NCBI GenBank assembly: GCA_965221165.1
Contig: CBDCRP010000003.1
Span: 1,088,001 to 1,152,000, forward strand
DNA from: a bacterium
GTDB lineage: Bacteria; UBA8248
DNA: 64,000 nt
Direction of reading: 5' to 3'
Below the pieces are notes generated by a model, which made no database searches, had not been told where the DNA came from, and saw only the letters and a list, made by a program, of their open reading frames with translations. Shown in pieces: positions 8,427-17,450 of this stretch; positions within the stretch are counted from its first letter, which is position 1; every line of letters starts with the position of its first letter. A program made the position numbers and the translations under genes.

Positions 8427-9506
8427 CTAACTATCGCTGACCAATACGACCGCCGATTTATCGATGGTCAACCGGACCTTGCTGCCCACGCCAAAGAATT
8501 GATGCGGGTCGCCGATGACGCGAAGCGGCTCTTCCAAACCCGGCACTTGCACCAGATAGTCCACCGTGCTGCCGAAATAATAGCCGCGCGTCACCTCGCC
8601 ATCGAGTACGTTTTGAGCATCCGAGCCGCCCACATCGGCATTCTCGGGATGCACCTGAATGCGGTGGGGCCTTATGGATACGAGCTCTCCCATTTTTCCG
8701 CCGTCGGTATTCATCATGAACTTGGCGCCGTCGCCAGCCTCAAAAAGATCCGGGGCGCTCATTTTCCCTCGAATCGAGTTCGTCACGCCAACGAATTCGG
8801 CCACAAATTTCGTCGACGGAATGTCGTATATATCAGACGGCTTGCCCACTTGTTCAATCTTTCCGCTGTTCATGACGCAAATTCTATCGCTGGTGACCAT
8901 GGCCTCGGCTTGGTCATGGGTCACATAAATACTCGTGATATTAAATTCATCGTGCAGGCGTCTGATCTCGAAGCGCATCTCCTCGCGCAGGTTGGCGTCG
9001 AGGTTGGAGAGAGGCTCATCCAGCAACAATACGGCCGGCTCCACCACGAGGGCGCGGGCCAGGGCCACGCGTTGCTGTTGACCACCCGAGAGTTCTCCCG
9101 GATACCGTGCGCCCAGATGATCCATTTGCACGATAGAGAGCAGGCCTTTAACGCGCTTATCCGCCTCGGCGCCCGTAATACCGCGGAATTTCAATCCATA
9201 GCCGACATTCTGGGCCACCGTCTTGTGCGGCCAAATGGCGTAGCTCTGGAAAATCATGCTCATGTTGCGGCGCTCGGGCGGTATGACGCTGCTGGCATTC
9301 GAAACAACCTCTCCATCCATCACGATTTCACCGCCGTTTGGCTCGATGAAACCGGCCACGAGCCGCAGCGTCGTCGTTTTGCCGCAACCCGATGGGCCCA
9401 AAAGAGAAATCAACTCCCCATGCTCGATGTGCAGATCTATCTCATCCACCGCGCGAACATCCGTGCCAAAGATTTTCAAAAGCCCTCTTAAGTCTAAAAC
9501 CGCCAA
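8427..9506 (-). CDS. ABC transporter ATP-binding protein (FbpC/PotA family)
   Basis: GPSGCGKT, LSGGQQQRVALARAL, LLLDEP, YVTHDQ, C-terminal TOBE-like region. Confidence 0.95.
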   Translation of the reverse strand: MAVLDLRGLLKIFGTDVRAVDEIDLHIEHGELISLLGPSGCGKTTTLRLVAGFIEPNGGEIVMDGEVVSNASSVIPPERRNMSMIFQSYAIWPHKTVAQNVGYGLKFRGITGAEADKRVKGLLSIVQMDHLGARYPGELSGGQQQRVALARALVVEPAVLLLDEPLSNLDANLREEMRFEIRRLHDEFNITSIYVTHDQAEAMVTSDRICVMNSGKIEQVGKPSDIYDIPSTKFVAEFVGVTNSIRGKMSAPDLFEAGDGAKFMMNTDGGKMGELVSIRPHRIQVHPENADVGGSDAQNVLDGEVTRGYYFGSTVDYLVQVPGLEEPLRVIGDPHQFFGVGSKVRLTIDKSAVVLVSDS

Positions 9507-9523
9507 CGCAAATCTCCCTTTCT

Positions 9524-11269
9524 CTATCCGGCGGAACGCATGAAGTCCCGTCCCGCCAAGCGGAAACCGACCGCTATCGCCACCAAAGTGATAAGCAACA
9601 ACAATATCCCGAGAGCCGATATGGGACCCAACAGCGTTTCTTCATAAAAATCGATGATGACCACCGAGATGACCTTCGTATTCGTCGTCCAAAGCAGAAC
9701 CGAGGCGCTCAATTCCCTGAGCGAGGGCATGAACACCAATATCCACGACGCGATGATACCCGTCTTGAACAAGGGTATCGTCACGTCCTTGAAAACCTGA
9801 AGCCGATTCGCACCCATGATGCGGCAACTCTCCTCGAGTTCAGGATGAATACTCGTGAGGGCCGCGTTCGACGTCTGATACGCCAAAGGCAGGTATTTGG
9901 TGAGATAAGCCAGGAACATGATCCAGAGCGTTCCATACAGCACAAAGGGTTGTTTCGTATAGGCTGAGAACAGGCCAATCGCCAAGACGATGCCGGGAAT
10001 CCCAATGGGCGCGGTCGCCATGAAACCCATGTATTGATGTCCCTTGATGAGCTTGCGCTGTGCGATGAAAGCGGAAATCGCGGCCACGATCGTGGCGCCG
10101 GTCGCCGCCATGATGGCCAGGAGAACCGTATTGTAGATCGATACTCTCACCGCATCATTCGTCAATATGAAATGATAATTCGACAAGGTGAAGTTCGCCC
10201 AATTCAATCCGCCGCCCAGGTTTTTCATGAATGACGTGGTCAACAAAGCCAACGCGGGCAGAACAATCGCGCAAACAAGAGGGAGCAGGGAGAGTAGAAA
10301 CACCGGAATCCGCCAAGCCCCCAGTTTTTGGGGTCGTCTCTGCCCTCCCTTGCCGCCGACCGTGGCGTAGCCCCGGCGGCCCAGGATCGTGCTGCGCGTC
10401 CAAACCATGCAGATCGCCAAAACGAGCATGGGCATCGCGTAGGCTGAGGCCAAGCCGAGCAAATCGTCTTCCGAAACCATGAAAGCGCGAAGCTGGGTCG
10501 TCATCGTGTGCTGACCCGCCGGTATCGCCAATACAGCCGGGATGCCGAAAAGAATCATCGCCTCAAGCGCCGCCAGGATGAAACCCGCGAATAGAGAAGG
10601 CATAACTAGCGGCAAAGTAATGCTGTACATGGTGTGGAACGTGCCGCCGCCCGCTACATTGGCAGCGTCTTCTACGTCTGAGGAAATATTATTCAAGCCT
10701 GATAAAACGACAATGAATACAAGGGGGAACGTGTAGAGCGACATGGCGAATACGACGCCCTTCATCGTGAAAATGTCGAACAGATAAAACTCATCACTCA
10801 AGAAAAATATCCCGCGAATCCATTTATTCAGCCACCCTTCGTTCCTTCCCGCCAGGAATATCCAGGCGATGGCGCCCAAGAAAGGAGGGGTCACGAAAGA
10901 GGCCAAGATGCCGTTTCTGATTAAATTCGGGAAAGGGATATCCGTTCGGCTGACCACCCAGGCCATCACGGCTCCCACCACCAGAGATATGCTGCCCACG
11001 GAGACGGCAAGCATCATCGTGATGTACATCGGCTTGTAGTATTCCGAGGTCTCAAAAGCGTCAATATAGTTCTTGAAGGTAAAGCCGCCGGCCTCATCTT
11101 CAGAAACAAAGAAACTTTCCTTGAAAAGCTGGAAGATGGGATTCGCCACCAGGATGATTAGCAGGATAAACAGCACTACCCAGACGATGACGGAATAGTC
11201 GAATTTTCTGGTGGCTGAGGGTTCGCCTCCCGAGACCATTCCGGGAAGCTGTTGCGCATCTTGCGTCAT
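9524..11269 (-). CDS. ABC transporter permease (FbpB-like, duplicated)
   Basis: Two permease halves with EDAANVAGG and EESCRIMGA EAA-type loops; many TM segments. Confidence 0.9.
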   Translation of the reverse strand: MTQDAQQLPGMVSGGEPSATRKFDYSVIVWVVLFILLIILVANPIFQLFKESFFVSEDEAGGFTFKNYIDAFETSEYYKPMYITMMLAVSVGSISLVVGAVMAWVVSRTDIPFPNLIRNGILASFVTPPFLGAIAWIFLAGRNEGWLNKWIRGIFFLSDEFYLFDIFTMKGVVFAMSLYTFPLVFIVVLSGLNNISSDVEDAANVAGGGTFHTMYSITLPLVMPSLFAGFILAALEAMILFGIPAVLAIPAGQHTMTTQLRAFMVSEDDLLGLASAYAMPMLVLAICMVWTRSTILGRRGYATVGGKGGQRRPQKLGAWRIPVFLLSLLPLVCAIVLPALALLTTSFMKNLGGGLNWANFTLSNYHFILTNDAVRVSIYNTVLLAIMAATGATIVAAISAFIAQRKLIKGHQYMGFMATAPIGIPGIVLAIGLFSAYTKQPFVLYGTLWIMFLAYLTKYLPLAYQTSNAALTSIHPELEESCRIMGANRLQVFKDVTIPLFKTGIIASWILVFMPSLRELSASVLLWTTNTKVISVVIIDFYEETLLGPISALGILLLLITLVAIAVGFRLAGRDFMRSAG

Positions 11270-11343
11270 ATCCGCATCTTTCCTTTTCGAAGTTACACTT
11301 AAGCTGTTTTCGAAAAATTCATTCTGTCAAAATAAAAATGAAA

Positions 11344-11383
11344 CGGGAGCGATTCCTCGATATTTCGCAAGAAACCGCTCCCG
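11344..11383 (-). terminator. Intercistronic hairpin/partial terminator after binding-protein gene
   Basis: cgggagcg...cgctcccg stem followed on the minus strand by a T-rich tract. Confidence 0.55.
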
Positions 11384-11397
11384 CTCATACTTTTGAT

Positions 11398-12411
11398 TTA
11401 CACGCCGAAGAGCTTCTTGAACATCTTGCGCGTCGGCTTGTTTTTCTTCTTCAGTTCCGTCCCGCTAATGGCCATCAGGTTGATGTCCTTGAGCGCCGGT
11501 AACGCTTTGGGGTACTTCACATTCGGATTGCCCACATAGAGGAAGTAGTCCGCCAGAAGCTGCATGGTCTCCAGGCTGAACAGGTAATCGGTGAACACGC
11601 GCGCGGCGTTGGGGCGTGGCGATTTCGTGAAGACGCCGTTCGGCGAAGTCACCAAAGCCAAGCCCGCCGGGGGAACGATGGGTTTGAGCGGCTCGCCTTT
11701 CTGAATCAGCTTGAGCAGCGAATAGGAGGTCGTACCCGCTCCCAGCCAAGCCTCCCCACGCGCTACCAGAGGAATGCCGCCGGCCGCTGATTGCACGATT
11801 TTGGGCTTTTGCTTTGCCATCATTTTATAATAGTCCCAGCCGAATCTGTTCACGATGTTGATCATGCCGTTCGTGACGAACCCGCTGTAGCTCGGGTGCG
11901 ATTGAACGATTTTGCCTTTCCATTTTGGGTCGAGGAAATCCTTGTACGTCTTGGGCGCATCCTTCGCGCTGATTTTCTTGGTGTTGTAGAAAGGCATCAA
12001 CACGCCCGCGCGGAGAATCGTCCAGTAATTGTCCTTGGTCACGAACTTCGGGTTGAAGTTGCCCGTTCCGGCCGGCTTGTAGGGCGTGATGATTTTCTTC
12101 GCTTTGAGGTTCAGGAAATGACCCAGGTTCGAAGTGTGAATCACGTCGGCGATGTAAATTCCACCTTTGCGCTCTTGCAGATAACGACGATAGAGCTTGC
12201 CCGAGCCGTCGCGGTGGAGGACACACTTAATCCCTGTTTTTTTCTTGTTGTAGCGGTTGCAGATATCCTGCGCGATATTTATCGTGAGCGAAGAATACCA
12301 GACAATTTTCCCTTCTTTCTTGGCTGCGCGCATGGTCGCCTCATCCGCGGCGAACACCGGTGCGCTCAACAAAGCCACCGCCATGAGACCAGTGATGATT
12401 CCTTTCAGCAT
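11398..12411 (-). CDS. ABC transporter substrate-binding protein (Fe3+/thiamine/polyamine superfamily)
   Basis: Signal peptide (PVFA), AAKKEGKIVWYSS, PKTYKDFLDPKWKGK, PRPNAARVFTDYLFS. Confidence 0.9.
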   Translation of the reverse strand: MLKGIITGLMAVALLSAPVFAADEATMRAAKKEGKIVWYSSLTINIAQDICNRYNKKKTGIKCVLHRDGSGKLYRRYLQERKGGIYIADVIHTSNLGHFLNLKAKKIITPYKPAGTGNFNPKFVTKDNYWTILRAGVLMPFYNTKKISAKDAPKTYKDFLDPKWKGKIVQSHPSYSGFVTNGMINIVNRFGWDYYKMMAKQKPKIVQSAAGGIPLVARGEAWLGAGTTSYSLLKLIQKGEPLKPIVPPAGLALVTSPNGVFTKSPRPNAARVFTDYLFSLETMQLLADYFLYVGNPNVKYPKALPALKDINLMAISGTELKKKNKPTRKMFKKLFGV

Positions 12412-12537
12412 TTTCTCTCTCCTCTACCTGTAAAGTAGTCGACACGTCCGTGTGAAGAAGCTATATCTCCAGAGTTAATGGAGTATTCTGAGATTTCCCT
12501 TAAGCCACCATTCATCATGTTTTTCAGAAGTATGGAA

Positions 12538-12565
12538 ATCATACCAAAACTTCCCGCATCGTCAA
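12538..12565 (-). promoter_or_regulatory. Sigma70-type promoter for ABC operon
   Basis: TTGACG-16 nt-TATGAT on the minus strand. Confidence 0.6.
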
Positions 12566-12615
12566 GCATACGAAATCATGTAATGGAATCTCGCATGCGG
12601 TGCGTACAGGGATAT

Positions 12616-13884
12616 TCATGGCCGTGAAGCCTCTGCTCCGCCCTCTTGCGGCTTTCCCCCGGGAATAAAGCGCCTGGCGACAAAAATGGTGACGATTGCC
12701 CCGAATATCGCCGCAATTCCCGGACCTATGAACGCCCAATCCCAATTGAGCGGAAGTTCACCATTGCTCGAATCGTTACTCATGTCCAAAAATTTCCCCA
12801 CCACCATGGGCGCCAGGGACCCAAGTAGAAATCCCAAACCCGATTGAATTCCCAACGCCGAGCCGAGGTGGCGTCTGGGCGTGAGTTCCGTGGTCAACAC
12901 CACCAGTACGGGAGCGTCCACGTGCATCACGATCACCCAGACCAGGCAAATAACCTGGAGAACCCCAAACGGCAACCCAAAGGCAAACCCGACAAAAACG
13001 GAAATGAGACCACTTAAAAAAAGGCTCCCGATAATCGTGGGCGGCCGGCCAACACGATCGGCAAACCATCCGCCGATGAGCTTCGAGACCGCACTCAGCC
13101 CGATGATCAGCGCGGCAGATGAGGATGCCATGCGGAGGGCGCTTTCGCGCGTTTCCGTTCCTGCCATCACCAAAGAGGCCGCCAGAAAGGTGACTATCCA
13201 GCCTCTGAATGCAAACACCTCCCACCTGTGCGCGCCTACAACACCGATCAGCATCCACACAGGGGCCGGCAGTCTGGGGAATTCAAATCCTGCATCCTCA
13301 TCAACCCTTGGCGAAGGTAGAGACGGAAGCAAAAACACCATGGCCACAAAACCGATAGCCGGTCCCAGAGACGTCAACGCGAACGCAGTGCGCCATTCGA
13401 AATTCGCGACGAGCACGCCCGTCACATAAATCGAAGCGGCGACGCCCACTGTATAAAAAAACGTATACACCCCCACCATGCGAGCACGCCTCCCCTCCGG
13501 GGCGTACTCCGCCACCAGCCTCAGCGCGGACGTATAGGTACCCGCTAGTCCTACGCCTGTGAGGCCCCGAATAAGCGATGCGCTGATAAAGCCATCGGCA
13601 AGGAGAGGAAACATGAAATTCAAGAGGGCCAGCCAAAGGCTTGAAGCCAAGTATATTTTTTTCGCGCTCATGTAGTCCGTTGCGGTCGCCAGCACGGCCG
13701 AGGCGAGAATGTAGCCTACGTAAAACGCCGTATAAATCGTGCCGGCCTGCATGTTCGTGAGGTTCCATTCCGCCTTGAACAACGGAAGCGCCGCCACATA
13801 ATTCGCATAGACGAACATCATCGGCACTTGTGCCGCACAAATCGCCCAAAGCCAATGGGTGGATGGTCCATCGCGCTTCTTCAT
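12616..13884 (-). CDS. MFS transporter
   Basis: About 12 TM helices; GGWFADRVGR motif A, ATDYMSAKK N-terminal equivalent. Confidence 0.9.
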   Translation of the reverse strand: MKKRDGPSTHWLWAICAAQVPMMFVYANYVAALPLFKAEWNLTNMQAGTIYTAFYVGYILASAVLATATDYMSAKKIYLASSLWLALLNFMFPLLADGFISASLIRGLTGVGLAGTYTSALRLVAEYAPEGRRARMVGVYTFFYTVGVAASIYVTGVLVANFEWRTAFALTSLGPAIGFVAMVFLLPSLPSPRVDEDAGFEFPRLPAPVWMLIGVVGAHRWEVFAFRGWIVTFLAASLVMAGTETRESALRMASSSAALIIGLSAVSKLIGGWFADRVGRPPTIIGSLFLSGLISVFVGFAFGLPFGVLQVICLVWVIVMHVDAPVLVVLTTELTPRRHLGSALGIQSGLGFLLGSLAPMVVGKFLDMSNDSSNGELPLNWDWAFIGPGIAAIFGAIVTIFVARRFIPGGKPQEGGAEASRP

Positions 13885-14030
13885 AAAACCCCTCTAGTCC
13901 CAAATGGGGAGAGGATAAAGGATTCGATATCCTCTGGCGAGGGAGCAGGTATTTACTGAGCATGACTATCCGAAAGTGAGCATCCTGATATATTCTCCGT
14001 TTTATGGTTCAAAACTCCCGGAGCTTACAA

Positions 14031-14909
14031 ATGTCTACACCCATCATTGATTTCAGAGTCTCATGCCCCATTCCCGAGGGTCTGGATAGATATCTAAAAC
14101 CCACAGGTCGCTTTGCGGATTACGCCAAACACTACGGGGACAGGGTTTATGGCAACAAGGAAGAACATGGCTATATGAAGGCGGAGGAGTTTGTCGCCTT
14201 TTTGGATGAACAAGGGGTGGATAAAGCCCTCATTAAAACTTCTGATATGACGACAATTTCGGGCACGAAATTTCCCGCCGATGTTTTATACGAATACATC
14301 AAGGACTATCCGAACCGTCTCATCGGAACAGCCGGGTGCGACCCTTTTCGCGGTATGGACGCACTGCGTGATTTAGAGCGCGACGTAAAGGAATATGGAC
14401 TCCGGGGCGTAAACATGGGGCCATGGGAGCTTGGGATTTATGCGAACGACAAGAAATTTTATCCCATTTACGCCAAATGCGTGGAGTTGAACATCCCCGT
14501 TTTGCTTCACACGTCTATGAATCTATCGAGCTCAAACCTGCTTGATTTTGGGCGTCCGATCTACCTGGACGAAGTGGCAAGAGATTTTCCCGAGCTTCGT
14601 ATTGTGGCGGTGCATGGAGGCTGGCCGTGGATATCAGAAATGATCGCCGTGAGTTGGCGACACCCTAATCTGTATATCGAAATCAGCGGCACAATGCCCA
14701 AATACATCGGCACACCCGACACCGGCTGGGAACCCCTGATTCGCTACGGAAGCTCGGTGCTCAAAAACAAGATTCTTTGGGCCTCGAACTGGCCGATGAT
14801 CAGTCCCAAGGAAAGCCTGGCTGAATTCGATAAATTTCCGCTTCAAGATGACGTAAAACAACTCTGGTTCGGCGGAAACGCTCTCAAGGTCCTGGGACTG
14901 GAAGGATAA
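14031..14909 (+). CDS. Amidohydrolase_2 family protein
   Basis: IIDFR, YPIYAKCVELNIPVLLH, FPELRIVAVHGGWPW, HPNLYIEISG, ILWASNWP, GGNA. Confidence 0.88.
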   Translation: MSTPIIDFRVSCPIPEGLDRYLKPTGRFADYAKHYGDRVYGNKEEHGYMKAEEFVAFLDEQGVDKALIKTSDMTTISGTKFPADVLYEYIKDYPNRLIGTAGCDPFRGMDALRDLERDVKEYGLRGVNMGPWELGIYANDKKFYPIYAKCVELNIPVLLHTSMNLSSSNLLDFGRPIYLDEVARDFPELRIVAVHGGWPWISEMIAVSWRHPNLYIEISGTMPKYIGTPDTGWEPLIRYGSSVLKNKILWASNWPMISPKESLAEFDKFPLQDDVKQLWFGGNALKVLGLEG

Positions 14910-14922
14910 GCATCTAAAGACG

Positions 14923-14957
14923 GAAAAAGCGGGAGTTTTCGCCACTCCCGCTTTTTC
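14923..14957. terminator. Bidirectional intrinsic terminator
   Basis: gaaaaagcgggagt...actcccgctttttc between convergent genes. Confidence 0.85.
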
Positions 14958-14969
14958 ATTCCGATTATT

Positions 14970-15863
14970 TTACGACGCCACTATTGCTTCTTCGACTAAG
15001 CCGTATTTCCTGGCAAACGCTTCCAATTTTCTCATGTTAGCATCGGATGGCGCGCAGAGCGGCAACCTGTATTCCAGCGCAATGCGCCCCATGATCGCCA
15101 AGGCCGCTTTCGCCGGAATCGGATTCGTTTCGCAAAACATCATGTGGTTGAGCTCCCACATCTTGTAATGCAATTGTTTCGCCTTGGCTGAATCTCCATC
15201 GAGCTGGGCTTGACACATCTGGGCCACGTCCGCAGGGGCTACGTTCGCAGTAACCGAAATCGTGCCTACGCCGCCCATCGCCATCATCGGCAGCGTGACG
15301 AAATCATCCCCTGAAAGCACGATAAAATCATCCGGCACACGGGAAATGATATCGCAGCAATTCGCCAGATTCCCGGTCGCTTCCTTGATGCCCACAATGT
15401 TGGGAATCTCCGAGAGGCGCGCCACCGTGTCGGGGGCTATTTGCACAACCGTGCGACCCGGCACGTTGTAGAGAACGATCGGGATATCCGCTGATTCCGC
15501 GATTGCACGAAAATGCTGATAAAGCCCCTCCTGCGTAGGCTTGTTATAATAAGGCGCTACAAGGAGCGCGCCATCCGCACCGGCCCTCATGGCGAATTGA
15601 GTCCGCTGAACGGCCTCTGCGGTGCTGTTCGAACCCGAGCCGGCGATGACCGGAATCCTCCCACCAACCTGCTCGATAACCAACTCTACAACCCGGTCGT
15701 GTTCTTCATGGCTCAGCGTGGCTGATTCTCCAGTGGTTCCACACGCCACAATCCCATGCGTCCCATTTTCAACATGGAATTCCACCAGAGAGCGGATGCC
15801 CTCTTCGTCGAGTTTTCCGTCGCGGAACGGGGTGACCATCGCGACATAAGAGCCCTTAAACAT
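14970..15863 (-). CDS. dapA: 4-hydroxy-tetrahydrodipicolinate synthase
   Basis: GTTGES, PYYNKP, YNVPGRT, GIKEA, ETNPIP. Confidence 0.97.
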   Translation of the reverse strand: MFKGSYVAMVTPFRDGKLDEEGIRSLVEFHVENGTHGIVACGTTGESATLSHEEHDRVVELVIEQVGGRIPVIAGSGSNSTAEAVQRTQFAMRAGADGALLVAPYYNKPTQEGLYQHFRAIAESADIPIVLYNVPGRTVVQIAPDTVARLSEIPNIVGIKEATGNLANCCDIISRVPDDFIVLSGDDFVTLPMMAMGGVGTISVTANVAPADVAQMCQAQLDGDSAKAKQLHYKMWELNHMMFCETNPIPAKAALAIMGRIALEYRLPLCAPSDANMRKLEAFARKYGLVEEAIVAS

Positions 15864-16133
15864 GAGGAAACCTCCTTCTCCTTCCGCTCATCGCGGCAAA
15901 ATGAATCTCATCAAACCCCATTTTCATCATGGAGCGCATTTGACGTGCGTACCATAGCGAATTCGAGTATCCCATAGCCCCTTATTAGCACAAATCCTAT
16001 CAGAGCAATTTATAAGACGCAAGAAATGGAATTTAACGCTTCGACATGAATATCATCCTGAATCCTCCCAATAAAAAACAGAAGGATAACCCATCTGAAT
16101 GGGGTTCCTCGGAAACTTCATTATATTTTCACT

Positions 16134-16162
16134 TTGACAAACAAATGGAAAAAGTTTTTAAT
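16134..16162 (+). promoter_or_regulatory. Sigma70-type promoter
   Basis: TTGACA-17 nt-TTTAAT upstream of the carboxypeptidase gene. Confidence 0.65.
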
Positions 16163-16247
16163 GTGATTCGAGTTCGAAAGGCTGAACTGTTAGCCTTAAC
16201 ATTTTCTTAAGAAACTCCGCCTGAATCGCCCGACTCTAAGGAAAACC

Positions 16248-17432
16248 ATGCCATTCGCTCTGGATTACCACTGGCGATTCCGCTGGGGAACGGTCACATT
16301 TGCGTTATTCTTATCCGCGTGCTTTCTGGTGATCGGAGCCGACTCGGCTTTCGCGCGGGGGAAGCGTTCTCGCAACAAGGTCATCCCCTATCGCTCCATC
16401 CTATTGCTCGAAGCAGATACAGGGCGAGTCCTTAAGTCACATAATGAGCGGCTTGGCACGAGACCCGCCTCCATTGTGAAAATGATGACTGCATTACTCG
16501 CCATGGAACATATTAAGGGAAACATCATCCACTTCGATGAGATCATCACCGTCAGCAGACGCGCCTCGCGAATCGGAGGCCAGCAGGTTTATTTGAAGCA
16601 AGGAGAAAAATTTTCTCTAAGAGATTTGATGAAATCCATCATCATCAGTTCGGCAAACGATTCATCCTACGCCGTAGCGGAATACATTGCCGGAGATACT
16701 GAAGTTTTTGTCGAGATGATGAATCAACGCGCCAAAGAACTCGGTATGACGGACACTCACTTCGTCAACGTCAACGGGCTTCCCTCAGGCAGAAAGAAAC
16801 CGCCCAATCGAATGAGTGCGCGAGATGCCAGCATTCTTGCCCGCGAGTTAATAAAATATCCAGTGATCATGAAATGGAGTTCCACCAAAACAGCTCCTTT
16901 CCGGAACGGGAACTTCATCCTGACGAACACGAACAATCTCTTGGGGAAGTTTCGCGGGATGGATGGGCTAAAAACAGGCTATCACAGAAAAGCGGGATTC
17001 AGCATCGTTGCTACGGCCAAACGCAAAAATTTAAGACTGATTGCCGTTGTAATGGGTTCGAGCCACTCCAGACGCCGATTCAAAGAAGTCAAGCGTTTAC
17101 TCGCTTGGGGGTTCATTCAATATCGCTGGATCGACGTAAGCAGAATCAAAAAAACGAAACACGGGCAAATCAAGGTGCTTAACGGACACAAGCGAATGAT
17201 CCGTATCCGGCCCCGGGAAAATGTCAAGGCGTTGGTAAGACGAGGTGAGGAAGAACGCATATCTAAGAAAGTGGAGTTGCCTCAAGCGATACCCGCACCC
17301 ATCCGCACTGGTCAAAAGGTAGGCAGCATCACCTATGAACTAGGAGGCAGCAAACTTGGCAGGGTCGACCTTGTGGCCGCTGAATCGGTAAAGAAATTAG
17401 GTTTTTTCCAATCTTTGATTCGGTTCCGCTAA
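16248..17432 (+). CDS. dacA: D-alanyl-D-alanine carboxypeptidase (PBP5/6 family)
   Basis: PASIVK (SxxK), SAND (SxN), GLKTG motifs; PBP5 C-terminal domain. Confidence 0.92.
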   Translation: MPFALDYHWRFRWGTVTFALFLSACFLVIGADSAFARGKRSRNKVIPYRSILLLEADTGRVLKSHNERLGTRPASIVKMMTALLAMEHIKGNIIHFDEIITVSRRASRIGGQQVYLKQGEKFSLRDLMKSIIISSANDSSYAVAEYIAGDTEVFVEMMNQRAKELGMTDTHFVNVNGLPSGRKKPPNRMSARDASILARELIKYPVIMKWSSTKTAPFRNGNFILTNTNNLLGKFRGMDGLKTGYHRKAGFSIVATAKRKNLRLIAVVMGSSHSRRRFKEVKRLLAWGFIQYRWIDVSRIKKTKHGQIKVLNGHKRMIRIRPRENVKALVRRGEEERISKKVELPQAIPAPIRTGQKVGSITYELGGSKLGRVDLVAAESVKKLGFFQSLIRFR

Positions 17433-17450
17433 TACACGGCACAAACGAAA

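Noticed and set aside
8499-9491. 330-aa plus-strand ORF and similar long antisense ORFs (e.g. 58665..59528, 60141..60989, 11791..12438)
   Set aside because: Shadows of well-supported genes on the opposite strand; no motifs
15864-16247. Lysine riboswitch upstream of dapA
   Set aside because: No AGAGGNGC-type core or terminator arrangement on the minus strand; looks like ordinary divergent promoters
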